From assembly GCA_963719225.1 (NCBI GenBank), contig CAVRAY010000001.1, forward strand, positions 384,001-448,000: a stretch of DNA of 64,000 nt. The letters run 5' to 3'. The stretch comes from Thermoanaerobaculia bacterium (GTDB lineage Bacteria; Acidobacteriota; Thermoanaerobaculia; UBA5066). Position 1 is the stretch's first letter, and each line of letters begins with the position of its first letter. Shown in pieces: positions 9,399 to 18,697 of the stretch. The position numbers and the translations under genes were made by a program. The notes under the pieces were generated by a model, which was not told the origin of the DNA, ran no database searches, and worked only from the letters and a program-made list of their open reading frames with translations.

Positions 9399-10682
9399 TC
9401 AGAACTCCTTCGTGAACGAGAAATACACGGCGTTGCGGCCCGCGGACCCCGCGTCGTTCTGCCGACTCTCGAGGCCGAAGTTGCGCGAGAAGAAGAGCTC
9501 GATCGTGGAGCTCCAGAGGAACCCGCTCGTGAGTCCGACCGTAATGCCGTTGAGAGTGTCCGTTCGGCTCACGAACCCTCCCTGCGCGTCGAGACGGAGG
9601 CGGTCCGCGAGCGCCAGCGTTCCGCGCGCCGAGAGGAAGAGGAAGAACGTCGCTTCGAAGCGGTACTCGAGGTTCAGGATGCCGTAGCCCCGCGTCGCGA
9701 TCTCGTCGAAGGCGGCCGCGGGAAGAATGGGCTGCGAGAGGCTCTCGAAATCGCCGGCGTTGGATCCTCCCGACAGACGCAGCGCGGAAAAGCGATCCAG
9801 GTTCGAGCCCGCGCCGCCGTATGCCGAGACGAGAAGCCGGTGACGCTCGCTGTTCACGAACGGGACGGGAAGCGCCGCCAGCGCGTAGACGCTGACCGCC
9901 GACCAGCTCCGCGTCCCATCGGCCGGGTGCTGCCCTGTCGGACCTCCGCCCCAGTCCTGCCAGCCGGCACGATGCGCCCAGACGGCGTCGAGCCCCCCGC
10001 CGAAGCCCCGGTGGGGAAGCTCGAGAAGATTCCGCTCGAACGCGTCCACCCTGAGGCGGCCGTGAACGCGGCCCTCGTACGCATCCGAGGGAGGGCGGAA
10101 GGAATCGCTCGTGTCTGAGCCGCGCCGGAAGAAGAGGAAGCCGGGCTCGTACGTCAGCGCGGCCTCGACCGCGTTGTCCTGGAGAGACGGAGCGATCGTG
10201 AAGCGCGTCCCGAGGCCGACGCCCGCACGCACCAAGGACCACTCCAGCTCCTCGGACGCGATCCGGCGCCCCTCGACGTATTCCGAGCGCGCCCACGGGA
10301 GAGTCGTGTTCTCGAAGGTGAGGACGCTCTCGAGATTCCTGGAAAGCTTCCGGTTCCAGCGGACGTCGTCATAGACGCCCAGGAGAATCCCGCGGAAGCG
10401 CTCCTGGCCGCAATTCCGGTTCCTCCACAGAACCAGCGCTCCCTGCGGAACGAGCGTCCGGTTCTCGGGGCCATCCGGAATCCACTGGAGCGCGGCCCAG
10501 AGCTCGGTGACGTGCGATCGGTCCCGCGGCGAGACCTCGACGGTCCTGCCGAACACCGAGCCCGTGAAGGCCTCGCCGGCCCGCGGGGTGCGGTCTTCAG
10601 CCGGCGATACGGCGGGCCACAGGAGGGTGCCGCAGCCGAAGAGGCAGAGCAGAAACGCCCGGCCGGCTCTCATGTCGATCAC
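9399..10682 (-). CDS. hypothetical outer-membrane beta-barrel protein
   Basis: Signal peptide, alternating beta-strand pattern and C-terminal YFSFTKEF (terminal Phe). Start codon uncertain. Confidence 0.6.
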   Translation of the reverse strand: MIDMRAGRAFLLCLFGCGTLLWPAVSPAEDRTPRAGEAFTGSVFGRTVEVSPRDRSHVTELWAALQWIPDGPENRTLVPQGALVLWRNRNCGQERFRGILLGVYDDVRWNRKLSRNLESVLTFENTTLPWARSEYVEGRRIASEELEWSLVRAGVGLGTRFTIAPSLQDNAVEAALTYEPGFLFFRRGSDTSDSFRPPSDAYEGRVHGRLRVDAFERNLLELPHRGFGGGLDAVWAHRAGWQDWGGGPTGQHPADGTRSWSAVSVYALAALPVPFVNSERHRLLVSAYGGAGSNLDRFSALRLSGGSNAGDFESLSQPILPAAAFDEIATRGYGILNLEYRFEATFFLFLSARGTLALADRLRLDAQGGFVSRTDTLNGITVGLTSGFLWSSTIELFFSRNFGLESRQNDAGSAGRNAVYFSFTKEF

Positions 10683-10751
10683 TTTCCCTATCTCCTACAG
10701 GCTGTTCAGAAGGTGGGCGGCGGGCACGAAGCTGTAAATGATGAGGATGAG

Positions 10752-11312
10752 CTAAAGATCCCCGGCGGAGCTCACCGCGTCGCCCCTTTCGCTCGACGGC
10801 GACGAGCTGGTGAGCGAGACCGGCTCGAGGCGGAGGACGACGAGCGGCGGATCGAGCTTGTATGCGGCTCCGTTGCCGTTGTCGATGAGAAATCCGGCGC
10901 CGGAGAGCGCCACGCCCCCGATGACGGCGCCGGTTGCAGCCCCTTCGAAGGCCAGAAAGCCCGAGTCGCTCCTGTGGCCGATGGTGCCCCCCGCGACGAT
11001 CCCGACGGGAATGCCGATCGCGTTGAGCCAATCCCAGCCCGAATCCTTCCGCGTTAACGCGACGCGCTTCGTCACGTAGCCGTCTTTCTCGACGACGATC
11101 TCGAGGGCTTTCTCCTTTCTCTTCAGCTTCAGGACGCCGGGAGTCGTGATCTTCTGATCTCCCACGGAGGCGGTCGCCCCCGGCGGCTCGGTCTCGACGC
11201 GCACTTCCTGGTGCACGCCATGGATCATGGTGGCGCAACCTGAAAGGAACGGAGCAAGGACCAGCACGAGGGACACTCCGGAAGGTCGGAGACCTTTGCA
11301 ACGAGCGTTCAT
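10752..11312 (-). CDS. PEGA-domain lipoprotein with glycine-rich hydrophobic segment
   Basis: Lipobox LSGC, VETEPPGA..TTPG..VEKDGY PEGA-like pattern and a Gly-zipper-like region. Confidence 0.7.
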   Translation of the reverse strand: MNARCKGLRPSGVSLVLVLAPFLSGCATMIHGVHQEVRVETEPPGATASVGDQKITTPGVLKLKRKEKALEIVVEKDGYVTKRVALTRKDSGWDWLNAIGIPVGIVAGGTIGHRSDSGFLAFEGAATGAVIGGVALSGAGFLIDNGNGAAYKLDPPLVVLRLEPVSLTSSSPSSERGDAVSSAGDL

Positions 11313-11408
11313 GGCGTTTCTCCTTTTCTCTTTGGAAAAGGTGGAGCTGCTCGCCGCCGACTGTCTTCAGGGAATTTCCGGGTTCTTCTGGTATTTTTCG
11401 AGAAACCC

Positions 11409-12086
11409 ATGCGCCTCGGGTTTGGGGATTGCGTCTTCGACTCGGACACGCGCGAGCTCGCGCGTGGAGGCAAACCTGTTCACGTTTCCCCGAAGGCCTT
11501 CCGCCTGCTCGAGCTGCTCCTGAAGAGCCGCCCCCGCGCGCTCTCGAAGACCGAGCTCAAGGACGCGATCTGGCCGAAGACGTTCGTCCTCGAGACGAAT
11601 CTCGCGAACCTCGCGGCAGAGCTGCGCGCCGCCACCGGCGAGAAAGGCCGGCAGTCCCGCTTCATCCGGACGGTCCACGGCTTCGGCTACGCGTTCTCGG
11701 GCGAGGTCCGGGAAGAGGGGGACCCGGCGCGGGAAGTCGAGGCGTCCTTCCGCCTGCTTGCGGGAGAAGAAGAGTTCCGCCTTCGGGAAGGCAGGACGAT
11801 CGTCGGGCGCGACAGGTCCGCCGGCGTGTTCCTCGACGACTCCACGGTCTCGCGGAGGCATGCGCGTCTCGTCGTCGACGGACCGAGGGTCACGATCGAG
11901 GATCTGGGCAGCAAGAACGGAACGTTCGTCTCCGGCCGCAAAGTGGAAGGCGTGTCGGCCTTGGAGGACGGAGACGAGATCCAGGTCGGATCGGTCTTTG
12001 TGACCTTCCAGACGGCGCCCGAAGGCCGTTCGACGGCCACCGCGCGACGGAAGTCGACGGCCTCGCGGCGGCTGAGAGCCTTGTAG
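11409..12086 (+). CDS. winged-helix (OmpR C-terminal-like) + FHA domain regulator
   Basis: FIRTVHGFGYAF wing; FHA motifs GR..VSRRHA..DLGSKNGTFV. Confidence 0.88.
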   Translation: MRLGFGDCVFDSDTRELARGGKPVHVSPKAFRLLELLLKSRPRALSKTELKDAIWPKTFVLETNLANLAAELRAATGEKGRQSRFIRTVHGFGYAFSGEVREEGDPAREVEASFRLLAGEEEFRLREGRTIVGRDRSAGVFLDDSTVSRRHARLVVDGPRVTIEDLGSKNGTFVSGRKVEGVSALEDGDEIQVGSVFVTFQTAPEGRSTATARRKSTASRRLRAL

Positions 12087-12120
12087 AGCGCTCGCCAGCC
12101 CTCCTCGCCCGCGCCTCCCG

Positions 12121-12148
12121 TTGACAGGGTCCGCAGAGAGTGTATGCT
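12121..12148 (+). promoter_or_regulatory. sigma70-type promoter
   Basis: TTGACA (12121-12126), 16-nt spacer, TATGCT (12143-12148). Confidence 0.65.
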
Positions 12149-12154
12149 TCCCGT

Positions 12155-12176
12155 GATTAGACCGATCGGTCTAATC
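12155..12176. promoter_or_regulatory. TetR/NemR-type operator palindrome
   Basis: Perfect 22-bp palindrome GATTAGACCGATCGGTCTAATC containing TAGACC-N4-GGTCTA, just downstream of the -10 box. Confidence 0.85.
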
Positions 12177-12205
12177 CGAAGGCGCAATCGAAAGGAGGTA
12201 CGGTC

Positions 12206-12592
12206 ATGCGGGTGGCGAAGGACAACGTGGATGTCAGGATCGAGATTCCGGGGGCCGTGGTCCGGCAGCGGATGAACTTCGGCGATGCGAACGGATTGGA
12301 CAAGCTGAGCGGCGAGTATTTCACGCTCGCGGCGGGCGTGGACACCACCCCGCTCTTCAGGGGATTGGAGGGCGACCTCTGTCAGTGTCCGCACTGGGGC
12401 TTCGTCCTGCGCGGGCAGCTCACGACGACGGACGCCAGCGGTGCACAGGAGACGGTGAAGACGAACGATCTCTTTTACTGGCCGCCCGGTCACAACGTCA
12501 GGGTCGACACGGACGCGGAGATCGTCATGTTCAGCCCACAGCGCGAGCACAGCCGGGTGATCGCGCATATGATCGAGAAAGTCAAACAGTAG
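12206..12592 (+). CDS. cupin-fold protein
   Basis: CQCPHWGFVLRG...FYWPPGH cupin motifs; SD AGGAGG upstream. Confidence 0.8.
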   Translation: MRVAKDNVDVRIEIPGAVVRQRMNFGDANGLDKLSGEYFTLAAGVDTTPLFRGLEGDLCQCPHWGFVLRGQLTTTDASGAQETVKTNDLFYWPPGHNVRVDTDAEIVMFSPQREHSRVIAHMIEKVKQ

Positions 12593-12620
12593 TTCGTTTG
12601 CGGGACGACGCCTGGCGCTC

Positions 12621-13199
12621 ATGACGCATCCGACCAAGCAGCGCCTGCTCGACGTCGGATTGACCATGCTTCTCGAGCATGGCTACAACGATCTGGGCAT
12701 CCAGGAACTGCTCGCGGCGACGGGCACTCCGAAGGGATCCTTTTACCATCACTTCCGTGACAAAGAGGACTTCGCGCTCCAGGTCATCGACCAGTACATG
12801 GGGAATGTACACGGGGCCCTCGACGCCTGTCTCGGCGACGAGGGCCGTCCCCCGTTGGGACGCGTGCGCCGGTTTTTCGAGCTGACGCAAGAGCACTACA
12901 GGAAGGAAGGCTACATGGGATGCCTGCTTGGGGGGCTCGGGCAGGAACTGTCGGGCGTGAGCGACACGTTCCGACGCAAGATCGAGGGGTGCTTCTCCGA
13001 GATCGCCAGGCGAATCGCGGGATGCCTGGAAGAAGCCCGGAAACGGGGCGACATCCATGCCGACTCGGATACGCGGCGCATGGCGAGCGTACTGGTCAAT
13101 TGCTGGGAGGGCGCGGCGCTCCGAAGCCGGCTGCGGGGGAACGCGGCTCCGCTGACTGCGATGCTCGACTTCTACTTCCAGTCGGTTGTCCGCCGGTGA
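12621..13199 (+). CDS. TetR/AcrR family regulator, NemR-like
   Basis: GTPKGSFYHHFRDKEDF HTH, GCLLG and WEGAALR. Confidence 0.88.
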   Translation: MTHPTKQRLLDVGLTMLLEHGYNDLGIQELLAATGTPKGSFYHHFRDKEDFALQVIDQYMGNVHGALDACLGDEGRPPLGRVRRFFELTQEHYRKEGYMGCLLGGLGQELSGVSDTFRRKIEGCFSEIARRIAGCLEEARKRGDIHADSDTRRMASVLVNCWEGAALRSRLRGNAAPLTAMLDFYFQSVVRR

Positions 13200-13231
13200 G
13201 AAAGGGTGAATAACCTCCTGAGCACCAGCAG

Positions 13232-13474
13232 CTAGCCGCCCGCGACGGGCGGCAGGAGCGCGACGGTGTCGCCCGGCGCGACGGGGTCGGTTTCCCGGGC
13301 CCAGGACTCGTTGACCGCGACCTTCGCACGCGTCCCGAAGCGCGCGATGGCGGGATGCGCGGCCTCGAGAGCGCGCCTCAGCGTCGTGACCGTGGCCGGC
13401 TCGGGGATCTCGACGGAGATGCAGGGACCCACGTCATCCTTCAGCGAAGCGAAGAGGAGGACGTCGACGCGCAC
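13232..13474 (-). CDS. moaD: MoaD/ThiS sulfur carrier
   Basis: 80 aa; LFASL, VAVN and C-terminal LLPPVAGG. Confidence 0.88.
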   Translation of the reverse strand: MRVDVLLFASLKDDVGPCISVEIPEPATVTTLRRALEAAHPAIARFGTRAKVAVNESWARETDPVAPGDTVALLPPVAGG

Positions 13475-13505
13475 AGGGGAATTCTAGTGTTCCCCGTCGG
13501 GGCGA

Positions 13506-15482
13506 TCAGCGATAGAAGCCATTCACGTCCAGGACGACATGGACGGAGCCGGGAGAGGCGTTCCACACGGTCACGGTTCCGTCCGGCGTTCCTCCAAGAG
13601 CGACATGGGCGTTGTTCGCCCGCGTCTGGCCTGCGGCGAAGCTGAGGATCGCGGTCTGCGGGGCCGCGAGACCCGCCGGGTAGACGTCCACGAAGCCGGC
13701 GGCCTGTGGCTGGGTCACGGTGACGTTGAGGGAGATGGCCACCGCGTCCGCGGGAATCGCGCAGATGCCCGCTACGGCGAAGTCACGCGCGGACGTTGCG
13801 GCGAGCGCCGACCCCAGGATGCGCGTGTCGACGAGCCGGCATGGCGCAAGGGGCGTGAGCTTGAGAGAGGAACCGAACGTCACGGGCGCATAGAGGAACG
13901 CGTCCACGCTGCCGTTGAGGTCCGAAGCGGCGAGGTCCGTCGCGAGGCTGTCGAATGCCACGAGGTTCCCGTCCGCGCTCAGGAGCGGGCCCGTCGAGTC
14001 CCCGTTGCCGGCCACGCCGGGCGCAACCGGCCTCCGGCTCGCGAGCTGCGTCTTCCCGCCGGTTCGGTCGAAGACGAAGACGTTGACGAAGCCGTTCGTC
14101 GGGTTGGGCACGAGGTCCTGGGCCCGGCTCTCAAAGGCGATCCGGCTCCCGTTCGCGTTGATCGCGGGGTTGAAAGACTCCTGGCTTCCGGTCTGCGATG
14201 CCGCGACGATGCCCATGCTCACCAGCGTGTTGCTTCCCGAGGTGCGGTCGAAGACAAAGACGTCGTACATCGAGCCATTCGGGTCCGCCTGGCCCGCTAC
14301 GAGGCTGACCGAGGTGCTCGCATAGGCCACGGCGCTGCCGTCCGCACTGATCTTCGGGAACACGGAGTGGCCGTCGGCGGTCGTCTTCGCGTCGCCGGGC
14401 GCGCGGCTCACGAGAATCGTCGTGTCGCTCGTCCTGTCCCAGAGAAGGACGTCGCCGAGGAACATGTTCGCGTCGACCATCTGTGGAACGATGTCGCTCG
14501 CGGAACTCATGTAGGCGACGAAGCGTCCGTCTGCGGTGATGCTGGGGGCCTGCGAGAAGGAATTTCCGGACGACGCCGGCGCTCCCGCGACGTGGCTCAC
14601 GAGGGTCGTGCTCCCCGTGACGCGATCGAAGAGGAAGACATCGGGGAACTGGAATCCAGGCGGGTCCACCTGTCCCGGGACGAGGTCCGACGCGGTGCTC
14701 GGGAAGGCGATATACCGCGCGTCGGCGCTCAAGACAAATTCGCTGACTGCGGCGTTCCCCGTCCGCGAGACGAATCCGGCCGCGTGGCTCACGAGAGTCA
14801 CCTGGCCCGTGAGCCGGTCGAACAGGAAGACGTCCGGCTCGGACGGATCGTGCGCGAGGAGCTCGGCCGTCACGAGGTTCGTCGCCTGGCTCAGGAAGGC
14901 GACAAAGTGGCCGTCGGCGCTGACGAACGGGGAATGAGACAGCGCGTTGCCGCCTGTGAGCACGCTTCCCGGGACGTGGCTCACGAGCTGGTTGGCCCCG
15001 CTGAGGCGGTCGTAGAGGAAGACGTTGCCATCCGGGTTTCCGGCCGTCATGCCCGCGACGACGTTCGTCGACTGGCCTGAATACGCGACCCAACGCCCGT
15101 CCGCGCTGATCGTCGACGAGGACGAGAAAGCGTTCGCGGTCGTGGTCGGAGAGGCTGGAGCGTGGCTCACGATCGACGTGGCCCCCGTCGTTCTGTCCGT
15201 CAGATAGACGGCGGCATAACCGTCGTTGACTTGACCGGGGACGAGGTCGACACCCCAGCTCGCAAAAGTGACCCAGCGAGCGTCGGCGCTGAAGCACGAG
15301 ACGGACCTCGCGCCCGCGGCCGAAACGAAGCTGAGTCCGTCCGGGGTCGAGCCGGGCACGCCGTCACGGTGAGCGAGAGGTCGAACATCGTAGGCAGACG
15401 CCGGCGCGCAACTCGCGACCAGCGCCAGGGCGGCCAGGAAGGGCCGATGTCGCACGACGACGCGATCATATTCTCGATGCAT
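13506..15482 (-). CDS. secreted TolB-like/PD40 beta-propeller protein with C-terminal PCRLVDTR domain
   Basis: Signal peptide; about seven repeats of SADGR.VAF.S.A..LV...DVFLFDR.TG...LVS; distinct C-terminal domain. Confidence 0.8.
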   Translation of the reverse strand: MHREYDRVVVRHRPFLAALALVASCAPASAYDVRPLAHRDGVPGSTPDGLSFVSAAGARSVSCFSADARWVTFASWGVDLVPGQVNDGYAAVYLTDRTTGATSIVSHAPASPTTTANAFSSSSTISADGRWVAYSGQSTNVVAGMTAGNPDGNVFLYDRLSGANQLVSHVPGSVLTGGNALSHSPFVSADGHFVAFLSQATNLVTAELLAHDPSEPDVFLFDRLTGQVTLVSHAAGFVSRTGNAAVSEFVLSADARYIAFPSTASDLVPGQVDPPGFQFPDVFLFDRVTGSTTLVSHVAGAPASSGNSFSQAPSITADGRFVAYMSSASDIVPQMVDANMFLGDVLLWDRTSDTTILVSRAPGDAKTTADGHSVFPKISADGSAVAYASTSVSLVAGQADPNGSMYDVFVFDRTSGSNTLVSMGIVAASQTGSQESFNPAINANGSRIAFESRAQDLVPNPTNGFVNVFVFDRTGGKTQLASRRPVAPGVAGNGDSTGPLLSADGNLVAFDSLATDLAASDLNGSVDAFLYAPVTFGSSLKLTPLAPCRLVDTRILGSALAATSARDFAVAGICAIPADAVAISLNVTVTQPQAAGFVDVYPAGLAAPQTAILSFAAGQTRANNAHVALGGTPDGTVTVWNASPGSVHVVLDVNGFYR

Positions 15483-15559
15483 CTCCGCCCTCGACTCTAG
15501 AGTGGGGCGGGACGCAAAAGCATTTCACCGCCTAGAATCGCCGGCTCGGAGGTCGCGTC

Positions 15560-16345
15560 ATGGCGGAGGGACGTCTCACCGGAAAGAACGCGCTCGTGAC
15601 GGGAGCGGGCAGGGGAATCGGCCGGGCCATCGCGCTGCGGCTCGCCGAGGAAGGCGCGCACGTGGCGGTCGGGGCGCGCAAGGAAAGCGACGGCGCGGCC
15701 GTCGTGGCCGAGATCCAGCGTGCCGGAGGCTCGGCAATTGCCGTCCTCCTCGACGTCGTGGACGCCGCCTCCGTCGCGACGGGGGTCGAGCGAGCCGCAC
15801 GCCCGAACCGGCGCCTCGACATTCTCGTGAACAACGCGGGCGTCGGCGGTCCGACTCCCTTCGACGGCGACGAACGCTCCGACGAGGCCTGGCAGCGGAT
15901 TCTCGACGTCAACCTCACGGGCACCTGGCGCGTCTGCCGCGCGGCGCGGCCGTTCCTTCCCGACGGCGGGCGTGTCGTGAACCTGTCCTCGGTGACGGGA
16001 CGCTTCGGGGTCCCCGGCATGGCGGCGTACAGCGCGTCCAAGCACGCCATCATCGGGCTCACACGCACGCTCGCGCTGGAGCTCGCTCCGCGGAAGATCA
16101 CCGTGAACGCCCTCTGTCCGGGGTGGGTCGACACGGACATGGGGCGCTCCGGCATCCTCCTCATGGGCAAGTCCATGGGGAAGAACGTGGAAGAGGCCTT
16201 CGCGCTCGCCGCTAAGATGGCGCCTCTCGGCGAGGTCCTCTCGTCGCCCGAGGTCGCGGGACTCGTCGCGTATCTCGTGTCCCCCGAAGCGAAGAACGTG
16301 ACGGGCCAGGCCATCGTGATCGACGGCGGCCAGGTGATGCCCTGA
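15560..16345 (+). CDS. short-chain dehydrogenase/reductase
   Basis: TGAGRGIG, NNAG, YSASK and CPGWVDT. Confidence 0.92.
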   Translation: MAEGRLTGKNALVTGAGRGIGRAIALRLAEEGAHVAVGARKESDGAAVVAEIQRAGGSAIAVLLDVVDAASVATGVERAARPNRRLDILVNNAGVGGPTPFDGDERSDEAWQRILDVNLTGTWRVCRAARPFLPDGGRVVNLSSVTGRFGVPGMAAYSASKHAIIGLTRTLALELAPRKITVNALCPGWVDTDMGRSGILLMGKSMGKNVEEAFALAAKMAPLGEVLSSPEVAGLVAYLVSPEAKNVTGQAIVIDGGQVMP

Positions 16346-17049
16346 CGAGAAACATCCGGGCCGTCTTTTTCGACGCGGGGCAGACCCTTCTCGAGGCGGA
16401 TCCGCCCGTGGAGGAGGTCTACCGCAAAGCGTTCGCGACGCATGGAGTCGAGGCGGAGCTCGACGCGGTGCACCACGCCGTCCGCGCGACGTGGCAGGAG
16501 GTCGACGCCCGGCGCGCACGCGGTGAGGAACGCTGGGGAGGGCCGGAGGGCGAGGTGGGGTTCTGGCGGCGCTTCGTCGAGGAGGTCTTCGGCCGCTCGG
16601 GCGGGAGCGGGCTGCCGGAGCCGCTGCTCAAAGGTCTCGTCGAGCACTTCCGCGAGGACAAGCACTGGAGGGTCTATCCCGAGGCGCGCGAGGTCCTCTC
16701 GGCGCTTCGCGGCGCGGGAATGACGCTCTTCGTCGTCAGCAACTGGGACTCCACGCTCGTGACCCTCCTCGAGAGGCTGGAGCTTTCGCCCTTCTTCGAC
16801 GGCGTCATCGTCTCGGCGGTCTTCGGAGCCTCGAAGCCCTCGCGAGCCATCTTCGACGAGGCCATCCGCCTCGCGGGCGTTCCCCACGCGGAAGCTCTTC
16901 ACGTGGGCGATTCGCTCGTCGACGACTATCACGGCGCGCGCGCGGCGGGCCTTCACGCGCTGCTCCTCGACCGCGCGGGGCGCGCGCCCGAAGGCTTCGA
17001 GACCATCCGCTCCCTGTCCGAGCTGCCGCTCCGGCTTCTGGCCCGCTAG
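16342..17049 (+). CDS. HAD-superfamily hydrolase (IA)
   Basis: Motif I (IRAVFFDAGQTL) lies upstream of the listed ORF start; also VVSNWD, SKP and HVGDSLVDD. The probable start is a CTG overlapping the SDR stop. Confidence 0.82.
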   Translation: MTRNIRAVFFDAGQTLLEADPPVEEVYRKAFATHGVEAELDAVHHAVRATWQEVDARRARGEERWGGPEGEVGFWRRFVEEVFGRSGGSGLPEPLLKGLVEHFREDKHWRVYPEAREVLSALRGAGMTLFVVSNWDSTLVTLLERLELSPFFDGVIVSAVFGASKPSRAIFDEAIRLAGVPHAEALHVGDSLVDDYHGARAAGLHALLLDRAGRAPEGFETIRSLSELPLRLLAR

Positions 17050-17092
17050 ACTCGCGCGACTGGGTCGCAGGCGCATCGCAGGAGGAACCCGT

Positions 17093-18697
17093 TTGAGAGA
17101 CCGGCTGTTTCGGACGAAGACGATCGAGCAGCTCCAGGCGAGCATGGAAGAGCCTGTTCCCGGCCAGGGACATCTCAAGCGGACGCTCACGGCGTGGGAC
17201 CTCACGTTCATGGGTGTCGGCGCGATCATCGGGGCCGGAATCCTCTCGAGTCTCGGCACCGGGCTCGCCGGCGGCTTCGACTCCTCCTACGGCGTCACGC
17301 GTCCTCCCGCGGGGCCCGCCCTGATGATCAGCTTCCTCCTCACGGCCGTTGCCTGCGGGTTCACGGCGTTCTGCTACGCGGAGATGGCCTCCATGATTCC
17401 CGTCTCCGGCTCGGCCTACACGTACGCCTACGCGACGCTCGGCGAGCTGATGGCGTGGATCATCGGCTGGGACCTCCTCCTCGAATACGCGATCTCGAAC
17501 GTGGCGGTCGCGATCTCGTGGGGAAGTTACGCGAACAACCTCCTGCAGGGCGTGGGGATCCATCTGCCCGGCTGGCTCACGCTCGACAGCCGCACGATGC
17601 TGCAGGTGAGCGAGGAGTTTCTGAAGGCGCACCCGGACGCGTCGAGCCTCTCGGCGAGGCTCGGCTATCTCGCGCAGGCCAAGTCGGGCGCCCTCGCCGG
17701 CGCGACGGCGTTCCCGAGCTGGGACGCCCTGTCAGCCGCTCCTCAGGTCGGCGGATTTCCCGTCGGGATGAACCTCCTCGCGATGCTCATCACGATCGTC
17801 ATCACGGCTCTCTGCGCGTGGGGCATCAAGGAATCCGCGCGCTTCAACAACGTGATCGTCTTCGTGAAGGTCGTGCTCCTCCTCGGCGTCATCGCCATCG
17901 GCGCGTTCTACGTCAAGCCCGCGAACTACATCCCGTTCTCGCCGAACGGCCTCAAGGGCATCCAGGCGGGCGCCGCAATCATCTTTTTCGCGTTCATCGG
18001 CTTCGACGCGGTGTCGACGACGGCCGAGGAGACACGCAATCCCGGCCGGGACCTCCCGCGCGGGATCCTGGGGAGCCTCGCGATCTGCACGGTGATCTAC
18101 GTCGGGGTCTGCGCGGTCGTCGCGGGCATCCTCCCGTACGCGGCCTACCGCGGCGTCGCCGATCCCATCGCGCACGCGTTCTCGTCCATCGGAATGAACC
18201 GCGTCGCCGGCATCGTGTCGATCGGCGCCGTCGCGGCGCTCTCGGGGGCGCTCCTCGTCTACCAGCTCGCGCAGCCGCGGATCTTCATGGCGATGGCGCG
18301 CGACGGCCTCCTGCCGCGCTGGTTCGCGCACGTCGGCCCGCGCGGAACGCCGCTGAACGCCACTTGGGTCACGGGCGTCCTCGTCGTGGTTCCGGCGGGA
18401 CTCCTGAACATCGACGAGGTCGTGGAGCTCACGAACATCGGGACGCTCTTCGCGTTCGTCCTCGTCTGCCTCGGGGTCCTCATCCTGCGCGTGAGGCGTC
18501 CGGAGGCGCTTCGCAAGTTCAAGACCCCCGCCGTGTGGCTGAGCGCGCCGCTCGGAATCCTCTTCTGCCTCTGGCTCGCGCTGGGCCTGCCGAAGCACAC
18601 CTGGGAGCGCTTCGTGATCTGGCTCGCGATCGGTCTCGCGCTCTACTTCCTCTACGGCATCCGCCGGAGCCGCCTCGAAGCGCGCACGCTCAGTTGA
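17093..18697 (+). CDS. APC family amino acid permease
   Basis: GAIIGAGI, YAEMAS..SGSAYTY, GWDLLLEY and FAFIGFDAVST. Confidence 0.92.
   Translation: MRDRLFRTKTIEQLQASMEEPVPGQGHLKRTLTAWDLTFMGVGAIIGAGILSSLGTGLAGGFDSSYGVTRPPAGPALMISFLLTAVACGFTAFCYAEMASMIPVSGSAYTYAYATLGELMAWIIGWDLLLEYAISNVAVAISWGSYANNLLQGVGIHLPGWLTLDSRTMLQVSEEFLKAHPDASSLSARLGYLAQAKSGALAGATAFPSWDALSAAPQVGGFPVGMNLLAMLITIVITALCAWGIKESARFNNVIVFVKVVLLLGVIAIGAFYVKPANYIPFSPNGLKGIQAGAAIIFFAFIGFDAVSTTAEETRNPGRDLPRGILGSLAICTVIYVGVCAVVAGILPYAAYRGVADPIAHAFSSIGMNRVAGIVSIGAVAALSGALLVYQLAQPRIFMAMARDGLLPRWFAHVGPRGTPLNATWVTGVLVVVPAGLLNIDEVVELTNIGTLFAFVLVCLGVLILRVRRPEALRKFKTPAVWLSAPLGILFCLWLALGLPKHTWERFVIWLAIGLALYFLYGIRRSRLEARTLS

Noticed and set aside
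13880-15300. Periodic repeats (gtggctcacgag...) suggesting a CRISPR-like array
   Set aside because: Degenerate codon-level repeats of beta-propeller blades within one ORF; no cas genes.
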